A stretch of DNA of 63,352 bases, filler included, from Octopus bimaculoides (lineage: Eukaryota), in NCBI RefSeq assembly GCF_001194135.2. It is 4 parts of 4 records of this genome, joined end to end, with 100 filler letters (N's around TTAATTAATTAA, not from the genome) between each part and the next. Parts side by side here need not be neighbours in the genome. Positions count along the whole stretch, not along the records: positions 32,759 to 63,352 come from NC_068995.1; 3 more parts are not named here. One strand, written 5' to 3'. The notes under the pieces were generated by a model that was given only the letters and a program-made list of their open reading frames with translations, searched no databases and was not told the DNA's origin. Made by a program: the position numbers and the translations under genes. Shown here one piece after another: positions 47,191-60,690 of this stretch; positions within the stretch are counted from its first letter, which is position 1; each line of letters begins with the position of its first letter.

Positions 47191-47865
47191 ACTTTTTCAC
47201 TTCCCGAGCGTTGGTTCGCTTATGACCCTGTAATCTAGAGTTTCAGCAAGGTACAGATAGGAAACGTACCATCACACATTTAAGATATGTACCGGGTCCA
47301 TTATTCGACTAAAACCCTTCAAGGCAATGTGTCAGCAGGGTCGCGGTGAATTGACTAAAACAACTCAAAGAAATGATAAGGACGTTAGCACTGAAGAAAT
47401 GAAAACGTTGAAACATTATTTTTTTTTATACGTTGAGTATTCTATGAAAGGAATACACACATATACNNNNNNNNNNNNNNNNNNNNNNNNNNNNNNNNNN
47501 NNNNNNNNNNNNNNNNNNNNNNNNNNNNNNNNNNNNNNNNNNNNNNNNNNNNNNNNNNNNNNNNNNNNNNNNNNNNNNNNNNNNNNNNNNNNNNNNNNNN
47601 NNNNNNNNNNNNNNNNNNNNNNNNNNNNNNNNNNNNNNNNNNNNNNNNNNNNNNNNNNNNNNNNNNNNNNNNNNNNNNNNNNNNNNNNNNNNNNNNNNNN
47701 NNNNNNNNNNNNNNNNNNNNNNNNNNNNNNNNNNNNNNNNNNNNNNNNNNNNNNNNNNNNNNNNNNNNNNNNNNNNNNNNNNNNNNNNNNNNNNNNNNNN
47801 NNNNNNNNNNNNNNNNNNNNNNNNNNNNNNNNNNNNNNNNNNNNNNNNNNNNNNNNNNNNNNNNN

Positions 47866-47907
<42 letters not shown>

Positions 47908-48104
47908 ATATATATATATACACGAATATATCGTTTATATATGTATTATTTACGTGTATGTATGTATGTATGTAGGTATGTATATAGGTACGTATGTACG
48001 TATGTATGTATATTGAGAAAACTGCGTGTGACGACGAAAGAGGTGCCCTTCAATATCTAGAGAGTGTTATATATATATTGAATGATACAGGTGGGGAGAC
48101 TTAC

Positions 48105-48247
48105 GTTCAGCACTTGAAGTTTCTGTGTCAACGATACGAAAAATAACGTAATACTTCAGCTGTCGTAAGCTTCATACTAGTGGCACCATCAATTACGAAC
48201 ACGACATCAGTTATCTTCTTGTTTCTAATATTTGTCCCGAAATTACC
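48105..48247 (-). pseudogene. VWA-domain-like coding fragment with frame disruption
   Basis: Minus strand reads ITDVVFVIDGATSMKLTTAEVLRYF, then a stop. Adding one T to the T5 run gives RYFFVSLTQKLQVLN, ending at a perfect GTAAGT donor. Confidence 0.35.
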
Positions 48248-48645
48248 TCAGCTGAAGAAGTGCGAGGATTTTATTATCATTGACAGAGAAACTTGAAGAT
48301 TTGACTTCAAATCTCCATAACTGTATCATTCAGAGTATATGCGTGTGGGGTGGGATGTCATTTAGTAGTTACGAACCAAGAGATGCTTTGTGTCCTTCAA
48401 CAAAATATTTCATTTCACTTGGTTCCAGTCTACTTAGCTGGCAGGAATGAATAATACTGTTGGCATGGCAGATTACCCAGTAAAATTGTCGTAACTTCAT
48501 CGATGCATTCTGCATTGTTTATATATCACTTCACTGTCTGTTCTGGGTGATTCCCTCTTGCTAATCAGTGGTGTACTCGACGTTGTTGTAATTTGAGTGA
48601 TTTTGAATCCTATATAAACGAAAGATATGTATATACACGTACACC

Positions 48646-48700
<55 letters not shown>

Positions 48701-49864
48701 ACATATATATATACATTCACACACACACATATTCAGGTGACATTGTTGCGATCCAGCTTTGAATAAAGTTATTTTACTGTACCTAATAGTCTAGAGTATC
48801 TCCTTCGCTTAATTGCATTTCATAGTCATGTGAAACTACCATCCTCTCTCTTTCTCTCCCAAGACATACATACATACATACATANNNNNNNNNNNNNNNN
48901 NNNNNNNNNNNNNNNNNNNNNNNNNNNNNNNNNNNNNNNNNNNNNNNNNNNNNNNNNNNNNNNNNNNNNNNNNNNNNNNNNNNNNNNNNNNNNNNNNNNN
49001 NNNNNNNNNNNNNNNNNNNNNNNNNNNNNNNNNNNNNNNNNNNNNNNNNNNNNNNNNNNNNNNNNNNNNNNNNNNNNNNNNNNNNNNNNNNNNNNNNNNN
49101 NNNNNNNNNNNNNNNNNNNNNNNNNNNNNNNNNNNNNNNNNNNNNNNNNNNNNNNNNNNNNNNNNNNNNNNNNNNNNNNNNNNNNNNNNNNNNNNNNNNN
49201 NNNNNNNNNNNNNNNNNNNNNNNNNNNNNNNNNNNNNNNNNNNNNNNNNNNNNNNNNNNNNNNNNNNNNNNNNNNNNNNNNNNNNNNNNNNNNNNNNNNN
49301 NNNNNNNNNNNNNNNNNNNNNNNNNNNNNNNNNATATATATATATATATATAATCATTAAAATAATTTGTTGTCTGTGAGTGTTATCGATTTGCTAGCGG
49401 CAACATTTCAACAATAAATGTAGAAAAACTATCAATGGTGTCGCTAACACAGACAATATGTGTTGGTATGCTTAAGCGACACCAGATAACCACCATCACT
49501 ATCATAGTGTTTGGGTGTTTCTGTTGTCGCAATCGTACTAAGTCTGCCACCAATTTTACCCATCTTTAAATCACACCAACATCCCACCCAGAAATTTAAG
49601 GTTTTTTTTTTTTCAACACCCAAATATTTTCCTTAACAAATTATTCTATGAATTTTAATTACATACTTAGTTTTGTCAGTAATTGCTTGATTATATAATT
49701 TTATCATTTTTAATATTTACTTTTCACCATATTGTCTTAGTATATTATAATTTTTATCATTTTCGATATGTAATGTTGTCAAGCTTGATATTATTTGCTT
49801 TCCACTTCAAATAAATTTCTCATATACATTCACCTTTATAATTCTAGATGATGTTTGTATATTG

Positions 49865-50065
49865 ATTTCAAATTTCGGCACAAGACCGGCAATTTCGAGG
49901 AGATTATATATCGACACCAATGTTCAGCTGGTACTTGGCTTATCGACTCCGAAAGGATGAAAGGGAAAATCAGCCCTTTTGGTGCTTGAACTCAGAATAT
50001 AAAGACATAGTCTATATCGCTAAGCATTTTGCTCGGCGAGCTAAAGATTCCACCAGGTGGCTGCC
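49865..50065 (-). mobile_element. SINE family A, decayed
   Basis: TTATCGACTCCGAAAGGATGAAAGG...TTGAACTCAGAAT...GCTAAGCATTTTGCTCGGCGAGCTAA. Confidence 0.75.
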
Positions 50066-50208
50066 TCAAGTTCTATTTTTTTCGCTTCAACTTATGATTG
50101 TATATAAAGAGCTGCCTGTGATATCCATCTAAAACGTCTCTTAGCATTACAAATATATTTGTTCTTTATTGAAGCTCAGCCAGTTAAAGTCATATTATAA
50201 CAGAGTAT

Positions 50209-51180
50209 GAGGCGGCGAGCTGGCAGAATCATTAGCACGTCGGAAAAATGTTGAACCTCATTTCTTCCAGCGTTTTACATTCTGATTTCAAATTCTTCCG
50301 AGGTTGACTTTGCCGTTCATACTTTCGGGCTCGATAAAATAAGGATTAATTGAGCACTAGAGCTGATAATATTGACTTACGTCGGACAAAATGTTCAGCA
50401 GCATTTCTTCCGACTCTTTAACTTCTGCTTTCAAATTCCGCCGCAGTCATGGTTGCCTTTCATCCTATCAGGGTCGATAGAATAAGTACCAGTCACGCAC
50501 TGGGGTCGATGATATCGATTGGTTTCTTCCCCTATAATAGCTGGCCCGGTACCAAAATTTGAAACCATTCATAACGGAGTATAACGCAGCAAGCTGACAG
50601 GATCGTTGTTACCACGCCGGACAAAATGTTGAGCAGCACTTCATTCGGGTATTTACCTTCTAATTTCAAATTCTGTCGAGATGGAATTTGCCTTTTTATC
50701 TTTAAGGGTTGATAAAATAATAAGTAATCAAGCCAATAAATTAAGTACCAGTGAAGAACTGGGATCACTAATATTGGCTCACTCCTTTCCCTAAAATTGC
50801 TGGTCTTGTGCAGGCGCAGGAGTTGCTGTGTGGTAAGTAACTTGCTTACCAGCCATATGGTCCCGGGTTCAGTCTCACTGCGTGGCACCTTGGGCAAATG
50901 TCTTCTACTATAACCTCGGGCCGACCAAAGCCTTGTGAGTGGATTTGGTAGACGGAAACTGGAAGAAGCCCGTCGTATATGTATACAAAGAATAAACTCT
51001 GAGGGCGATTTGGTCGACAATAAAGGCGGTGCTCCAGCATGGCCGCAGTCAAATGACTGAAACAAGTAAAAAGAATAAAAAAAGAGCGGCATATAAGCTG
51101 GTAACCTGTAAGAATCGTTTGAACGTCGGACAAAATGGTTGACGGTATTTCTTCAGGGTCTTTGCGTTCTGATATCAGAT
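50209..51180. mobile_element. Dense SINE cluster: three tandem family A copies, a family B copy (50815-50985), a family F end and another family A head
   Basis: TCAAATT...GCCTT(T)TCAT...GATAAAATAAG cores recur at about 50290, 50435 and 50665. Family B head GGAGTTGCTGTGTGGTAAGT...CACCTTGGGCAAATGTCTTCTACTATA. Confidence 0.85.
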
Positions 51181-51858
51181 ACAGAATACCACACGATATT
51201 CGACAAAATATAAAAAAAAAAGAAGGAACGATACGTCTTGATCGATTGGTTTTCTACTTCTACAAGTCATAAGCAAGAGAAAGCATTTGCAAATATTAGC
51301 TATCAATAACTACTTCTGATGATGAGGTAAGTTAATGTTTTAAAAATAAAATTTTAAGGTAGTTTTTAATCGTTTTTAACCTTCATATCCACAGGAAAAT
51401 AATGCCTGCTAAGAGTTTCGTTCATTGTTATGTTATTGCATTCGATTGTTCGGTTGTTACTTGCAATTTATTATTTAACATGTATTAACATTAAAAAAAA
51501 TAATAAAACGAGGTAAGGTGAGAGAATCATCTCTCCGAGATATTGCATCGTTGTTGACATTTATTTATTATTGAACGAGTTAAATGGTGTTAATACTTCT
51601 AAGTACATAATTATTGTTGGAAATTTTTTAACATCGTTACATTTAGACAGCGAAAATATAGTTAAACTCCAACAGCTCCGATTTCATCTCCATCTACACA
51701 CACATTTATGCTTTCTCTATCTCTGCTTGTTTGAAAGTCTCTTATTTTCCGTCTTATTTTCATTCTTTCTTTCTTACACTCTCTGTCTGTCCGCTCTCAT
51801 CCACTTCTCTCTCTCTCTCTTCCTCTGCATTTCCAACGAAGACAGATATATATATATG

Positions 51859-51902
<44 letters not shown>

Positions 51903-52898
51903 AGTTAAAAGTAATAGATATTGAAATAAAATCACCATCTGTGTATCATATTAAATATGTAGATACCGTTGAAAAGTATGATGCTGTAGCTTTGTATTTT
52001 CTTTTTTTTTTTAGAGAGAGAGAGGGAGAGAAATTTCTATAAAACATGATGCGTTAATAACACAAATATATACCGGAGTTCTGCGAACATCGTTGGTTCA
52101 CTAAGTCTATGAGAAAAACAGATGCATTTCTCCTTGGTTGCAGCTTATCAATACTTTGCGTCCGTATGATACATATTACGACGAAATTTATCCCTTGATA
52201 TATAGGTAACAGCGAATACTATATTGCCTGACATTGACGAAAGATTCTCGGTTTCTAAAACACTTGGTAAACGCAACAGAAGGCACAGAGGTGGTGGTGG
52301 TGGTGGTGTTGGTGGTGATGATGATGATGGTGATGAGGATCACGATGATAGTGATGATGGTGATGATGATGATGATGATGGTTGTGGTGGTGGTGGTGGT
52401 GGTGATGATGAGGATGATGGTGATGATAGTGATGATGGTGAGGATGATGATGATGGTGGTGGTGGTGATGATGGTGGTGGTGGTCATGGTGGTCATGGTG
52501 GTGGTGGTGGTGATGATGATGATGATGAGGATGATGAGGGTGATGATGATGGTGATGATGATCATGATCATGACGACATTGATGATGATGATGATGATGA
52601 TGATGTTGAAGGGAAAAATAGTAGCAGGAGCAATAGTAGTGGCAGCAAAAGACATACTCTGTCTAATGCTCTCTCTTTCCTTGTCTCTCTCTCTATCAGC
52701 CATTCATTCACTCTCTCTTTCTCAGTCTCTTTCTCCCCCCTCTCTCTCTCTCTCCATTATTATTACCAATGTTTACACTTTCATTTAAACTTGAATCCAC
52801 CGCTTCAAGTAAAAAGTCTTAACACTTAATTCTACCAATTATTTCCCCGCAGACTTTAGGTCAGAGCAATTGGGACAAACGCACAACAATATCTCTCT

Positions 52899-52939
<41 letters not shown>

Positions 52940-53652
52940 TTAAAACGTTTTATATTACTAATACTACAACTACTGCTGCTGCTGCTATTGTAACTACTAC
53001 TGTTGCTACTTGTACCACTGATACTCATTCTTCTCCTCTTCCTTCACCTCTTTCACCTCCTTCTCTACCTTCTCTTCCTCCATCTCTCTGCCACCTCTTC
53101 CTGCACCTCCTCCTCATCATCATCATTCCTCCTCCTCCTTCCCTTCCTCCTCCCCTTCCTCCTCTTCCCCTTCCTCCTCCCCTTCCTCCTCCCCTTCCTC
53201 CGCTTCCCCTTCCTCCTCCCCTCCTCAGAGAGAGGCAAAGATAGAGAGAAAAACAGAAGAAGCAAGATGGAGATATTTATAACAGAATAGTGAATTATAT
53301 ACAGGAAAAAGATAATAGAGAGAAACGGAAGCACATAGTGAGATGGAGATATAAGAATCGAGAGAGAGAGAGAGAGAGAGAGGAGACAATGGGATGGCGG
53401 AGAAAGAGAAATAGTGATATATCAGAAGATGGATACGGTAAAGTTGAAAGAAGGAAAAACAGAACGAAATAAACGAAGAAGAATTAATTACACATTGACA
53501 AATGGAATCAGAGCGCCAACTTTCCATCATGCATCCAACTGCCTATTAATGTGCGGATGGTTTATACGGAACCTATACTGGAATATTTATGAACCTGGAA
53601 GTGTTTACACACATACATATATGCGCATTTTCTTCTTCTTCTTCTTCTTCTT

Positions 53653-53683
<31 letters not shown>

Positions 53684-53707
53684 GTGCTCTGAGTGCTCTA
53701 CACACAC

Positions 53708-53796
<89 letters not shown>

Positions 53797-54049
53797 TGCG
53801 TGTGTTTGCTCTCACTCCACCACATAACAACCGATGTTGGTTTGTTTGTGACCCCCGTCACTTAGAGGTTCAGTAAGAGTCAGATTATAGACTAGGCTTT
53901 ACAAAATGGGTCAGATTTGTCGCACTAAATTCCTACTTTGGCGCTCCCCATACAATTTTGCACGCCGTGCTGACGATTCTGTCAGATTGCCGCCTTACAT
54001 TCATGATATATATGTACTTCTGTTTCGTTTACTTTCTTTTACTATAGTA

Positions 54050-54395
54050 GTAGTAGTAGTAGTAGTGTATATCCGTCGGTTACGAGACACCATGGATCTG
54101 CGCCTGTAGAAATCGTGTCAGCTGTTGATGGCTGGGCAGCGTCTATTGTGGCTGTACAGGCCCACACGGGAGTGGCACTCCTGCATACAGCGAGTGCATT
54201 TGAAGGAGCTTTCTGCCGCCAGTACTAGCTTTTCCTTCTGCCGTGTGCGCTTTTGTTTCATGGCGAATTCGTATTTATCTTCCGATCGCTTCGTCCTCCT
54301 TTCGCAGTATTTGTCTGCAGTCTGGGCGATTTATTTGCAACACCAACTCCCATCTCAGGACGTCCAAATCAGGCGACTTCATATCTTTCTTACTA
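54050..54395 (-). mobile_element. RTE (BovB-like) LINE 3' end with (CTA)n tail
   Basis: Minus strand reads AAESSFKCTRCMQECHSRVGLYSHNRRCPAINS*, the RTE C-terminal CxxC..CHSRxGLxSH motif. A short UTR ...CCATGGTGTCTCGTAACCGACGGATATAC follows, then (CTA)n. Confidence 0.85.
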
Positions 54396-55069
54396 AATAC
54401 TCAACAAAAAAGAAACGTAAGTAAATTAATTCATAATATAGACTGTTGTATAAATAATAAGCTAAACTATTACCAACATTTATTTATTTATTTAAAACAC
54501 TTTCTGAACAACGCAAAAAGGACATTTAGGAAAAAAAGGGATAAAATGAGATTTTAAAATTCCTGGTAATGAGCAATTGCTTTCAATAAAATTTAGATTT
54601 ATGATTAAACTGTAATTTTTTATCACATTTCGAACGTGCTGGTTGATATCTTTATATTTCTTATTTTCGTTAATGTCTTTTCCTTCGATCTTGTTTCATT
54701 TTTGTTTTGCAAAATGGTTGTGATCAAATATACACAGTAACAGAATTAAATTTCGTTTGATATACGAGTTATATTCATTGCTATCTCTCCTGTACTTTTA
54801 GGTACTGTTTTAGTTACATTTTTTTACGTCACATGATATAGAAAGCCAGCTCAAAGCCTTCCTGTGACCACCTGCCATAATATTCGTGTATGAGATGTTT
54901 TGGAACAGCCGTTTTGGCGCCGCCTAGTTAGCGTCAATGATTCGACACTGACTTATTTGATATCAGATCTTTTGTTTTTCTCTCCCACATCTTTCTCTGT
55001 CTCTGTCTCTATCACTCTCTTACTCACTCCCTCTCCCTCTATTTATCTATCTCTCATTCTCTTTCTCTA

Positions 55070-55156
<87 letters not shown>

Positions 55157-56327
55157 TTATCTATCTATATATCTCTCATTCTCGCTTTCAGTTTATGTGT
55201 GTGAGCATATCTTGCTTTTTGGCTCCAGTGTCAAAACGTCTTGTTATCAAAACCGGTTCTATGCGCAGTCAAACGTGCCAATTCAATAACGCCTACACAG
55301 CGACACCCGGCCATCTCCTTTCGATGATATACCCACTAGACTCACTTAGATGAGAAGAATTACCCTTTTCCGTGAGGGCAACTTCAACTGAAGTAACAAA
55401 AACATTTTAGTCTGGAACTAGAAAAAAGCAAACACAAACTATTGACATTTTCGCTTAACTTGGACGCTGGCGCCGAATCTATGTCTATGGCGTGTATCTA
55501 TGTCTTTTTTGTCACATAATCCTAGTAAAACCTGGAGTCTCATGTGACTATTGAGCACTAATCGCAAAGCGTCAGCGCTTGGTACTTGAGGTGTACAAGC
55601 GTTTTTCACCATAACCGGAAGATATACCGGTAGCTCTTTATGGAGACATCATTTGAAATCTATCATTTCATCTATTGAAAGTCATATGACGATGGAAGTA
55701 TGGCTTCAGTGTAAACCCAACCAGTCGCAGACGCACGATTAAAAAGCAACGGGACTAAATAGTCTTCTGAGAGGTTATGGACAGAAAGTCAGAAATGTCA
55801 TTGAGAACGAGGAAACACAAAGACAGAGCAATCATCTTTGAAGATTGAGACGCCACCATGTTTTTTTTGTTGTTTTTCATGTGTACAAGGATATACAACT
55901 GCCGCAGAAAATACAGCTTACACATCAAATTAGTACTTTGACGAAGAAATCGAAATTCCAATCATAATATTGGTTTACGAGCAATTCCAATCCACTTTGA
56001 AAATATTGTATGATATTGAAAAAGATATAAAAAGATATAAACATCATTATTTAACGTACCTTTAAAAACCACAAAGTTTCAACCAACTTTATTCCAGTAT
56101 AAAAATTAAAAACCAAAAAAGAAATTACAATTCTAATCGTTATAGTTCTATTGCTTAATATAACATAAACCGTTATTTAAATTTTTTTATAACATTGAGT
56201 GTCTTTTCATTAATATTTTTTTTTTAGTTTTGATTTTATTATTAGAATGTATTTTTACACGGTCAACACATAAGTAAAGAATACCACATTACTGAGGTCT
56301 TAAGAAATAATTCTCGGTGCAAAGCAC

Positions 56328-56461
<134 letters not shown>

Positions 56462-56688
56462 GTTATTGTTATTATTATTATTATTATCATTATTATTATT
56501 ATTATTATTATTATTNNNNNNNNNNNNNNNNNNNNNNNNNNNNNNNNNNNNNNNNNNNNNNNNNNNNNNNNNNNNNNNNNNNNNNNNNNNNNNNNNNNNN
56601 NNNNNNNNNNNNNNNNNNNNNNNNNNNNNNNNNNNNNNNNNNNNNNNNNNNNNNNNNNNNNNNNNNNNNNNNNNNNNNNNNNNNNNNN

Positions 56689-56731
<43 letters not shown>

Positions 56732-56994
56732 GTTGTTGTTATTTTATGATCATTATTATCAACGTCGTCGTTATCGTCTTCATCGTTGTCATCATCCTCT
56801 ACAACGCCACTGTTATTATTATTATTATTAGTGGTAGTAGTAATGGTAGTGGTGGTGGTGGTGGTGGCGTTGGCGGTCATGTTGGTGGTTGTAGTAGTAG
56901 TAGTAGTAGTAGTATGAGGAGGAGGAGGTGTAGTAGTAGCAGTAGTAGTAGTAGTAGTGGCAGCAGCAGCAGCAGCAGTAGTAGTGGTAGTAGC

Positions 56995-57049
<55 letters not shown>

Positions 57050-57374
57050 TTGTTGTTGTTATTGTTATCAATATTAAATACCATGTAGAAATATGGGAAT
57101 GTATACGAAAATAATGCCGTTGAATGTATACAAACAAAAACAACAAAATGTAAAAATATTTAACAAGTTGGTCTGTATATTTTCTATTATTCAATTACAT
57201 TTCCAATTTTGTTTTAGAATATATTTTATCGTTATTGTATGTGTGTGAGTGTGTGCGTGTCTGTGTGTATATGAGTGTGTGGGTGTTTCTGTATGTGCGT
57301 GCCGATGTGTACTGTGTAGGGTATACGAACACACAAATATATATAAATATGCATATATACTTACGTATACATAA

Positions 57375-57407
<33 letters not shown>

Positions 57408-57989
57408 NNNNNNNNNNNNNNNNNNNNNNNNNNNNNNNNNNNNNNNNNNNNNNNNNNNNNNNNNNNNNNNNNNNNNNNNNNNNNNNNNNNNNNNNNNNNN
57501 NNNNNNNNNNNNNNNNNNNNNNNNNNNNNNNNNNNNNNNNNNNNNNNNNNNNNNNNNNNNNNNNNNNNNNNNNNNNNNNNNNNNNNNNNNNNNNNNNNNN
57601 NNNNNNNNNNNNNNNNNNNNNNNNNNNNNNNNNNNNNNNNNNNNNNNNNNNNNNNNNNNNNNNNNNNNNNNNNNNNNNNNNNNNNNNNNNNNNNNNNNNN
57701 NNNNNNNNNNNNNNNNNNNNNNNNNNNNNNNNNNNNNNNNNNNNNNNNNNNNNNNNNNNNNNNNNNNNNNNNNNNNNNNNNNNNNNNNNNNNNNNNNNNN
57801 NNNNNNNNNNNNNNNNNNNNNNNNNNNNNNNNNNNNNNNNNNNNNNNNNNNNNNNNNNNNNNNNNNNNNNNNNNNNNNNNNNNNNNNNNNNNNNNNNNNN
57901 NNTACATACATACGTACATACATATATATATATGCATATCATATAAATAAACCTTTAAGTATATATATATACATCTGTATGTATGTACC

Positions 57990-58029
<40 letters not shown>

Positions 58030-58052
58030 CTTATAGCAGCACACACCAATGC

Positions 58053-58088
<36 letters not shown>

Positions 58089-59689
58089 CTGTGTGTGTGT
58101 GTGTGTGTATGTGTGTGTGCTTATGTGTCCGTGTGTTTACATGAATGTATATTACATAAATGGACTTCTACAAGTTCACACACACACATACATTTATACA
58201 TGATGAATTTTCCAAATTATTCTTTTTATATCATCTTTTAAAACGTAACATTATGCTTCTACACTAATCAAATTATGACAAAACAAATACACGCACACAA
58301 CACACATATATATAGATATACATATACGTATATATATATATGTGTGAAAAAACATATAAGCTGAGCGTAAATATTTCGCCATTTTTTACGAAAAAAAAAA
58401 TTACGACAATACATAAATTTGCGAAAACTAGAGGAGGAAATAAATAGAATAAAAATTTGTCCTCGAAAATATATTGTAATTATTTTCAGAAACAGCCATT
58501 TTTGTATTTTATAGTTTGAATTAAATGGGGAAAAATTTGAAATTGAATTATAAGGTTGTACAGCTTGAAAACGAGTAGATTTCGATATTAGTATGGAGTA
58601 ATTATTAACATTTATTGCTACTTTGTAAAAAGAGTGGTTGAGGTGACGCGTTTTGTTATTTGTTATAAGTGCGTGTAAGTAATTTTGTATTTGTGGGAGT
58701 ATTTGTGTGCGAGTCCCTGTATGAACGATTGTATGTATGTATGGGTATATGTATATGTATATATACACACACAAGCACACATATATATATACATAGATAT
58801 ATATATATATGAGTAATATACATATGTATATATATATACATATATTTTGACTTGCGTGTGCGTCTGCATTTCCTATGTATAGTCCCAAGTAAGCTCTTTA
58901 AACTAAAGTGAATATATGTATATATANNNNNNNNNNNNNNNNNNNNNNNNNNNNNNNNNNNNNNNNNNNNNNNNNNNNNNNNNNNNNNNNNNNNNNNNNN
59001 NNNNNNNNNNNNNNNNNNNNNNNNNNNNNNNNNNNNNNNNNNNNNNNNNNNNNNNNNNNNNNNNNNNNNNNNNNNNNNNNNNNNNNNNNNNNNNNNNNNN
59101 NNNNNNNNNNNNNNNNNNNNNNNNNNNNNNNNNNNNNNNNNNNNNNNNNNNNNNNNNNNNNNNNNNNNNNNNNNNNNNNNNNNNNNNNNNNNNNNNNNNN
59201 NNNNNNNNNNNNNNNNNNNNNNNNNNNNNNNNNNNNNNNNNNNNNNNNNNNNNNNNNNNNNNNNNNNNNNNNNNNNNNNNNNNNNNNNNNNNNNNNNNNN
59301 NNNNNNNNNNNNNNNNNNNNNNNNNNNNNNNNNNNNNNNNNNNNNNNNNNNNNNNNNNNNNNNNNNNNNNNNNNNNNNNNNNNNNNNNNNNNNNNNNNNN
59401 NNNNNNNNNNNNNNNNNNNNNNNNNNNNNNNNNNNNNNNNNNNNNNNNNNNNNNNNNNNNNNNNNNNNNNNNNNNNNNNNNNNNNNNNNNNNNNNNNNNN
59501 NNNNNNNNNNNNNNNNNNNNNNNNNNNNNNNNNNNNNNNNNNNNNNNNNNCCACCACCACAACAACAACAACAACAACAAGAGCTCAATGGTAATAATCC
59601 TGTTGATGAGATGGATGGTGATGGTAGTGGTAGCAGTGGTGATATCGATAGCGGAGGTGATGACGATTGTTATACGATGGCGTTATTGC

Positions 59690-59958
59690 AATTGTGACGG
59701 GGTTAGTTAGCCCATATTTCTTCGTAGGGATCATAAGGGCCGGTTTCCTCGTTTTTCTGGTGTTTACATCCCTCCTTGAATGGGACTCCAGTCTGTTGAA
59801 GAATTACTCATTTTTTTGCCAGCTATGTGGACTGGAGCAACGTGAAATGAAGTGTTTTGCTCAAGAACACAATGAATCACCCGGTCCAGGAATCGAAACC
59901 ACAATCTTACAGTCATGAGTCCAACGCCTTAAGCACTAAGCCATGCACCTCCACGGTG
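59690..59958 (-). mobile_element. tRNA-derived SINE related to family C
   Basis: Minus strand GGAGGTGCATGGCTTAGTGCTTAAGGCG...TTTCGATTCCTGGACCGGG...TGTGTTCTTGAGCAAAACACTTCATTTCACGTTGCTCC. A related core lies at about 48385-48450 (+). Confidence 0.8.
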
Positions 59959-59981
59959 ATGGTAATAGTTAATATTGCTTA

Positions 59982-60199
59982 AGGCGGCGAGATGGCAGAA
60001 ACGTTAGCACGCCGAGCGACATGCTTAACGGTATTTCGTCTGTCTTTACGTTCTGAGTTCAAATTCCGCCGAGGTCGACTTTGCTTTTCATCTTTTTGGG
60101 AGTCGATAAATTAAGTATCAGTTGGATACTGGGTTGCGGTAATCGACTTGTCCCCTCCCCAAACATGTCGGGTCTTGTGCCTAGAGTAGAAATGGATAA
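59982..60199 (+). mobile_element. Full-length SINE family A with a 13-bp target-site duplication
   Basis: TTAATATTGCTTA at 59969-59981 and again at 60200-60212 brackets the element. Confidence 0.92.
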
Positions 60200-60489
60200 T
60201 TAATATTGCTTATTATCACAATGTACTTTCCCAGCCCTCGGCATCTCATGGAATTGTTAGGGTTCTATCTTGAAATTAGTCACTAGTCTTACACCAGCCT
60301 TCTTCATCTGTTGTGATTAAGTACCAGAAATCCGGTCTTTGTAGATGTCTAGCCCTTATACTGATTGACATTTCTGCCCCCATTTTCTTTTTTTTTTTTT
60401 CTTTTTTCATCTGTCCACCTCTCTTTATTTCCGCACTTCCACTCCTTCAAGAATGGTCTTAAAGAAGCCACTGTTTCTCGCTATATGTC

Positions 60490-60690
60490 TATACCATGTC
60501 TTTTCTTCGCCGACAAGGTCATTATGAAGTACAATGTTGTCGTTGAAGTGTGGCCAGACCGTCAATCGAAATTTCTACTGCGACGTTTTGAAGCGTTTGA
60601 GGGAAGATATTCGGCGAAAGCGACAGGATCTGTTGGTGTTCGAAGAATTAGAGTCTTCACGACGACAATGCACCATGTCACCGAGTTCTT
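60490..60690 (+). mobile_element. Mariner transposase internal fragment (around the second catalytic Asp)
   Basis: Reads GQTVNRNFYCDVLKRLREDIRRKRQDL, then after a frameshift CSKN*SLHDDNAPCH. Matches mariner GQTVNxxxYxxVLxRLRxxIRRKRP.L...LHHDNAPAH. Confidence 0.88.

Noticed and set aside
51255-51332. Perfect donor GAG|GTAAGT with an upstream pyrimidine tract
   Set aside because: All three frames contain stops. It could be a UTR exon, but nothing else supports it.
52224-52829. 201-aa Gly/Asp-rich ORF (and similar ones at 40961, 45466, 45476, 27601 and 62879)
   Set aside because: Made of (GGT)/(GAT)/(AAT) microsatellites that are open in several frames on both strands. No splice or domain support.
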